From contig JBLXGN010000003.1 of the NCBI GenBank assembly GCA_048260865.1, forward strand, positions 87,320 to 103,319: 16,000 nt of DNA, in the 5' to 3' direction. Below the pieces are notes generated by a model, which was not told where the DNA came from, did no database searches, and saw only the letters and a list, made by a program, of their open reading frames with translations. The stretch's first letter is position 1. The number at the start of each line of letters is the position of its first letter. The DNA is from Marinobacterium sp. (lineage in GTDB: Bacteria > Pseudomonadota > Gammaproteobacteria > Pseudomonadales > Balneatricaceae). Both the position numbers and the translations under genes were made by a program. Below are positions 9,433 through 13,745 of the stretch, piece by piece.

Positions 9433-9870
9433 ATGAGACACACAATAAAAACCCTGATGCTCACTGCCAGTCTGTTGGCTCTGCCGGTAACGGCACATGC
9501 TCATACCAATCACTGCAAGGATACGCAGCTGGGCGACCAGATGAAGTCCCTGAAGGAAAACTTCAAGACCTATCGTCAGGCCCTGTCCGAAGAGAACTGG
9601 CAGCAGATGGCTCAAGCGCGTGCAGAAATGCAGAGTCTGGCGACTGCTGCGGGTGACGAGCAACCGCTCAAAATGCATGATCTGCCCGCTGATCAGCACC
9701 CGCAGATGATGCAGGAGTATCAACAGGGACTCGCCAAACTGAATGATCTCTTTGACCAGCTGGCTCAGGCAGAGCAGGCGCAAAATGCCGATGCAGCTGC
9801 AGACCTGGTGGGTCTTATTGGCCAGCATAGCAAGCAAAGCCATGAGTCAATGCGCAAGGACTGCGATTAA
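9433..9870 (+). CDS. Periplasmic cytochrome b562-like four-helix-bundle protein
   Basis: ATG at 9433, preceded by ggag. The signal peptide is cleaved at [10 protein letters not shown]. By eye it aligns with E. coli CybC over its length: [11 protein letters not shown] matches EDNMETLNDNL and covers the Met7 ligand position. [23 protein letters not shown] matches [33 protein letters not shown] matches TTRNAYHKKYR and covers the His102 ligand position. The track's start at 9391 overlaps copB and is rejected. Confidence 0.6.
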   Translation: [145 protein letters not shown]

Positions 9871-9891
9871 GCAGCCCTCCTGACCCAACAC

Positions 9892-9920
9892 CCCGCCCTC
9901 AGCTCAGGCTGAGCGGCGGG
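9892..9920. terminator. GC-rich hairpin between convergent genes, a bidirectional terminator candidate
   Basis: cccgccctcagc (9892-9903), loop tcag, then gctgag-c-ggcggg (9908-9920). This gives 12 bp with one bulged C. On the plus strand it is followed by aTTTc; the minus-strand tail is poor in T. Confidence 0.45.
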
Positions 9921-9938
9921 ATTTCAACCTTAAGAAAC

Positions 9939-10694
9939 TCAGGGCGTTTCAAGATACTCACTGGCCCCCGGCCCCGGTTGCCACACCTGTATAAAGTCGG
10001 CACGAAACAGGAAGCCCTGTACCGCATCCACACCCAACTGTCGTGCGCGTTCAAACTGCTGCTCGTTTTCAACGCCCTCAAGAATCACCAGCTTGCCACT
10101 GGCCTTGGCGAAAATAATCAGCGCTTCGAACAACGCATCGGCGCCTGTTCCTGTCAGCCGACACAGCCAATCCCGCGCCAGTTTGACATAGTCCACACCC
10201 GCTAAAAGATCGAAGGACACCAGACTGTCCTGCGCGCCCACATCATCCAGCGCCAGTGGCAAACCGGCATCCCCAAAAGCCTGCTGCATGGCAATACTGA
10301 CCTGAGCATCAGACACTGAGCTGTTTTCAATAATTTCGACCACCGTATCAGGTCGATGCCGCAACAGCTCCACCATCGGGTGCAAAGGCTCATGCAGGAA
10401 CACTTCGAAGGCATCCTGATCAATATTGAGAAACAGATTGGGGCTATCAGGTGCGTGCAGCACCTGCAGCTGCTTCACCCGGTACTCCATTTGGAACAGG
10501 CTCAAGGGGCTGTGATGCAAGGCCCTGAACACCCGGTCAGGCGGCAAACGCTCGCCTCCATTCATGCGAAAGCGAGCCAAGGCTTCATGTCCCAGAACAC
10601 GACGATCCTGAGTTGAAACAATCGGCTGGTATTCCACACCTATACCCTTGCCGCCAAGAAAATCCAGCAGTGTTGCTGGTGAAATGTCATGCAT
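9939..10694 (-). CDS. Stand-alone EAL-domain protein, predicted c-di-GMP phosphodiesterase
   Basis: 251 aa with no sensor or GGDEF domain. The EAL catalytic set appears intact: YQPIV, HEALAR (E and R), LFLNID (N), EIIENS (E..E), LDDVGAQ (DD), VKLARD (K), LEGVENE (E), and VQGFLF (Q). Confidence 0.85.
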   Translation of the reverse strand: MHDISPATLLDFLGGKGIGVEYQPIVSTQDRRVLGHEALARFRMNGGERLPPDRVFRALHHSPLSLFQMEYRVKQLQVLHAPDSPNLFLNIDQDAFEVFLHEPLHPMVELLRHRPDTVVEIIENSSVSDAQVSIAMQQAFGDAGLPLALDDVGAQDSLVSFDLLAGVDYVKLARDWLCRLTGTGADALFEALIIFAKASGKLVILEGVENEQQFERARQLGVDAVQGFLFRADFIQVWQPGPGASEYLETP

Positions 10695-10765
10695 GCATTG
10701 CTCACTCTACCTGCTGTCTATGCAGCAGTACTTCATTAATGCTGATGTGGCGGGGGCACATGTAT

Positions 10766-11377
10766 TTAAGGGGCTAACTCCTGTTGCAACTGGCGATACC
10801 AGACATCCAGCATGCGCGGATCAGCCTGACTGACCTGCACAGTTGGAAACAGTGCTTTGGCACCGGCTTCCTGCATACGGTGTGTAACCGACAGCCCAAA
10901 AGCGCAGAACTGTGGATAACTGCGATCGCCCAGTGCAAGGACGGCAAAGGGACGCTCGGCAAGGGTCGGGGAAACAGGCTCGACATCCCAGCCTATGGCG
11001 GTTTTGGGCGGATCACCCGCCCCCGTGGTACTGACTACCATCAATAGTGCCCTGTCCGGCGGCTCAACGGTTGTCAGGCGATTGAGGGGGATGGTATCGG
11101 CGCTGAAACCAGACTTGCGCATACGCTTGCGCGTTTCCTGCGCCAGCTGCCGCGCGGTACCGGTTTCGGTGCCATAGGCGATCCAGATATCCTGGCGGCC
11201 GCTGGCCTGCTCACTGCCCGCACCGGCACGACGCAAGGCCCGCCAAACCACCAGGGTATAAGCCCCCAGCGCAAGGCTCGCCAGCCAGCGTCGTTCCGTA
11301 TCAACGCCACTGAACTGCCAGACCAGCACCAGGGCCAATCCGAGCAGCACCAGCAGGCTTTTCAGTCCTATCTTCAA
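10766..11377 (-). CDS. Membrane-anchored flavodoxin-like protein (CysJ-type FMN-binding domain only)
   Basis: Two N-terminal hydrophobic helices (SLLVLLGLALVLVWQF and WLASLALGAYTLVVW) precede FMN-domain blocks: IAYGTETGTARQLAQE, LLMVVSTTGAGDPP, and FAVLALGDRSYPQFCAFG. The TTG start overlaps the upstream stop as TTGA. No FAD/NADPH domain follows. Confidence 0.75.
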   Translation of the reverse strand: MKIGLKSLLVLLGLALVLVWQFSGVDTERRWLASLALGAYTLVVWRALRRAGAGSEQASGRQDIWIAYGTETGTARQLAQETRKRMRKSGFSADTIPLNRLTTVEPPDRALLMVVSTTGAGDPPKTAIGWDVEPVSPTLAERPFAVLALGDRSYPQFCAFGLSVTHRMQEAGAKALFPTVQVSQADPRMLDVWYRQLQQELAP

Positions 11378-12186
11378 AGCGGCAGCACTTCAATCGTTGC
11401 GGTATAGCCCAAACGCTTGCTTGCCCCTTCAATTTGGGTGGAAGGCTGCTCACCGGAAACATTGAGCCAATACATGCCCGGCTCCTTGAAGGTTACGTTC
11501 AGGTTACCTTCTGCATCAGTGGTCAATTTGATTTCTTCAACACTGTCACGGTAGCGGATACCGCCACGAATCAGCACCGCTTCCAGGCCTCCAGCAGGCT
11601 GACCATCAGCCAGGAACTGGAAAGTCACCGGCTCACCGGTAAAGAGATCATTCGGGTGTGTTACCGGTACCAGTTCCAGGCCTTCGCCTGTCGGCTTGAA
11701 GGTTGTCTCGGTGGGCGCACCCTTGGTCACGAAGACCTGCATGCGGTTATCCACTTCGCTGATCTGCAGATCTTCAGCATCCTTGGGGATACGCTTGTCC
11801 ATTTTGTCGGCTTTACCGAACCAGCGCTTGGGTTCGCCATTCTGGGTATAACGCGCAAAGACTCCCTGACGGCGCACTTCCAGGGTATAGGTACCATCTT
11901 CTGTCAGTTCGACATCGAAGGTAGAACGATACTTGCCCAGCGCCTGGTTCTGCGCTTCAACCTCTGCACCGCTCGGAGACGTAATTTTCAACGCGCCCAG
12001 CTGCAGCGGGAAATGCTCGAAGTAGAACAGGCTGTTGGACACGGCACCATCAACCGTAACCCAGGTATTTTCGCCGGACAAAACAGTTGCAGAGGGCAGC
12101 ATCCAGCTACGGTGAGCCTGAGCATTCATGGCCGTTCCCAGACCCAGAGCCAACAGCGCGCAAGCGCTCAAACGTTTGATATTCAT
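11374..12186 (-). CDS. Periplasmic DUF4198-family protein (COG5266-like metal-binding Ig-like fold)
   Basis: The signal peptide MNIKRLSACALLALGLGTAMNAQA would leave a mature N-terminus HRSWMLPS. The protein is beta-rich, and the pattern GTYTLEV, GLELVPVTHPNDL, GEPVTFQFLADGQP, GMYWLNV is typical of DUF4198 as I recall it. Confidence 0.7.
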   Translation of the reverse strand: MNIKRLSACALLALGLGTAMNAQAHRSWMLPSATVLSGENTWVTVDGAVSNSLFYFEHFPLQLGALKITSPSGAEVEAQNQALGKYRSTFDVELTEDGTYTLEVRRQGVFARYTQNGEPKRWFGKADKMDKRIPKDAEDLQISEVDNRMQVFVTKGAPTETTFKPTGEGLELVPVTHPNDLFTGEPVTFQFLADGQPAGGLEAVLIRGGIRYRDSVEEIKLTTDAEGNLNVTFKEPGMYWLNVSGEQPSTQIEGASKRLGYTATIEVLPL

Positions 12187-12213
12187 GCTATTTCCTTATG
12201 TGTTTGGCGTAAT

Positions 12214-12732
12214 TCAGGGTGTAAGTTCCAGCGCAACACGACCCAGCTCATGTTCACCCTGCAACTGTTGCTGCTGGGCTGCGGTGGCGGGCCACTGGAA
12301 CGGCAGTTTCAACAGTTCTCGTCCACCCAGCTCGCGTGCGGCTTCGATCACCAGGCGGTAGTTGCCGGCAGGCAACTGGGCCAGTTTTGGATCATTCGCG
12401 CCGAAGGTCATTTCATGGGAACCGACGGGGCGAGTCGCCCCCGAGAGGCCATCAACCGGCATATCCAGTTTGCGACCGCTGTGGCGCCACCACAGACGCA
12501 AGTCCTTTAGCCACTTGGTGCCTTCGTTATCGCGCATCTCCAGGTCGTACCAGACAGACAGATCCTGCTGGTGACGACCCTTATCGTTCTCGACCCATAC
12601 CGCCACATAGGGGCGGTGGTGCTCCGCTATATCGATGGCAGGTACTTCAACTTGAACCTTGAGTTCAGCCGCCATCACCTGGCTTGCCGCTGAAGACAGC
12701 AGCACTGCCGCTGTCATCTGTTTCCATTGCAT
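12214..12732 (-). CDS. Periplasmic DUF2271-family protein with ApbE-type flavinylation motif
   Basis: The signal peptide ends QVMA/AE. DUF2271-like blocks are HRPYVAVWVEN and KWLKDLRLWWRHSGR. The motif DGLSGAT occupies residues 94-100 (nt 12433-12453). aaggag precedes the ATG. Confidence 0.8.
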   Translation of the reverse strand: MQWKQMTAAVLLSSAASQVMAAELKVQVEVPAIDIAEHHRPYVAVWVENDKGRHQQDLSVWYDLEMRDNEGTKWLKDLRLWWRHSGRKLDMPVDGLSGATRPVGSHEMTFGANDPKLAQLPAGNYRLVIEAARELGGRELLKLPFQWPATAAQQQQLQGEHELGRVALELTP

Positions 12733-12797
12733 ACTTACTCCTTAACACGACGGCCGAAGGCTATCGGCACTGCCCTTTCATTTCGTACTTTGCCCAC

Positions 12798-13475
12798 TTA
12801 ATGCACCAGCAGCAGCGCCAGTAAAACCGGAACCACTACACCCAGCCCCGTTACGGGCCAGACAGAGGCTCGTTCGCGCTCATGCAGCCAGAGCACCGCC
12901 AGCCCCGTCAGGCTGAACACGAGACACACCAGTGCAAAAAAGTCGATAAACAGGCTCCAGGCCTGGCCGGCGTTGCGCCCCTTGTGCAGATCATTCAGGT
13001 AAGCGATCCAGCCACGATCGGTGGATTCGTACAGCAGCTCACCGGTTTCAAGATCCACGCTGAGCCAGGCATCTCCGCCGGGACGGGGCATGGACAGATA
13101 GACTTCAAACTCGGACCACTCCGGCGTGCGTAGAGGCACACTTAAACCCTTCTCCGTTTTGAGCCAGTTTCGCAATGACAGTGGCAACTCAGACTGCGCT
13201 TGCTGAGCCTGCTGAAGCGATTCCAGCATATGCTCAGGCAGTGCTTCTTCAATGGTGACAACGTCCTTGGAAGCCGGGATCTGACCGGCATGATTCAGCG
13301 TGAACCCTGTGACGGCGAACAGCAGCATGCCAAACAAAGCGAATGCAGAGCTGACCCAGTGCCAGGTCATAAGGCGGCGCATCCATACTGCACGAACGTG
13401 CCTCTGAGGCTTACCCTGAGACCCGGGTCGTTCGGCCGCCTCGACTTCTGCTCCAAGCTGTTGACTGTCCTTCAT
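12798..13475 (-). CDS. PepSY-associated TM-helix protein (PiuB/FoxB-like, short form)
   Basis: The TM1 context is RRLMTWHWVSSAFALFGMLLFAVTGFTLNHAG. A periplasmic PepSY-like insert of about 100 aa follows (AWLSVDLETGELLYES), then LNDLHKGRNAGQAWSLFIDFFALVCLVFSLTGLAVLWLHE and a third TM helix. The start is uncertain: ATG at 13475 or the internal ATG at 13382 (MRRLMTWHW). Confidence 0.8.
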   Translation of the reverse strand: MKDSQQLGAEVEAAERPGSQGKPQRHVRAVWMRRLMTWHWVSSAFALFGMLLFAVTGFTLNHAGQIPASKDVVTIEEALPEHMLESLQQAQQAQSELPLSLRNWLKTEKGLSVPLRTPEWSEFEVYLSMPRPGGDAWLSVDLETGELLYESTDRGWIAYLNDLHKGRNAGQAWSLFIDFFALVCLVFSLTGLAVLWLHERERASVWPVTGLGVVVPVLLALLLVH

Positions 13476-13539
13476 TTCGCGCTTGATCCCGCCGCCTCAA
13501 AAGCGAGGAGATTAGAACAATTCTCAATAATAAACAACG

Positions 13540-13566
13540 AATGATAATAATTCGTAATGATAATTT
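13540..13566. promoter_or_regulatory. Fur box 1
   Basis: gaATGATAATAATTCGTAATGATAATtt contains two TGATAAT half-sites (13542-13548 and 13558-13564). The 7-1-7 reading TGATAAT-A-ATTCGTA matches TGATAATnATTATCA at 11 of 14 positions. Confidence 0.7.
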
Positions 13567-13573
13567 ATGTAAA
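13544..13573 (-). promoter_or_regulatory. Candidate sigma70 promoter of the PepSY-DUF2271-DUF4198-FMN operon
   Basis: On the minus strand, TTTACA (plus-strand coordinates 13568-13573), an 18-bp spacer, then TATTAT (13544-13549). The spacer and the -10 element are covered by Fur box 1. Confidence 0.45.
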
Positions 13574-13617
13574 GCCCTCCTCGCTAGCTCAGGCCGATCT
13601 GCAATTATAGTAATACA

Positions 13618-13636
13618 AATGATAATAATTATTAGT
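13618..13636. promoter_or_regulatory. Fur box 2
   Basis: TGATAAT-A-ATTATTA (13620-13634) matches the 7-1-7 Fur consensus TGATAATnATTATCA at 13 of 14 positions. It lies about 110 nt upstream of the receptor start and overlaps a possible -10 element, GATAAT (13621-13626). Confidence 0.75.
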
Positions 13637-13745
13637 ATTGCTTTGATGTAAACAAATCTTTACCCTTCTCCGCGATTTCAACTCACTGCTGTTACTAGCG
13701 GACAACGACTACAAAACTATAACCACAAGGATAAGGAACTGAATC

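Noticed and set aside
11434-12510. A 358-aa plus-strand ORF.
   Set aside because: It runs antisense across two separate, well-supported minus-strand genes (DUF4198 and DUF2271) and the gap between them. It has no motifs. This is a typical GC-rich shadow ORF.
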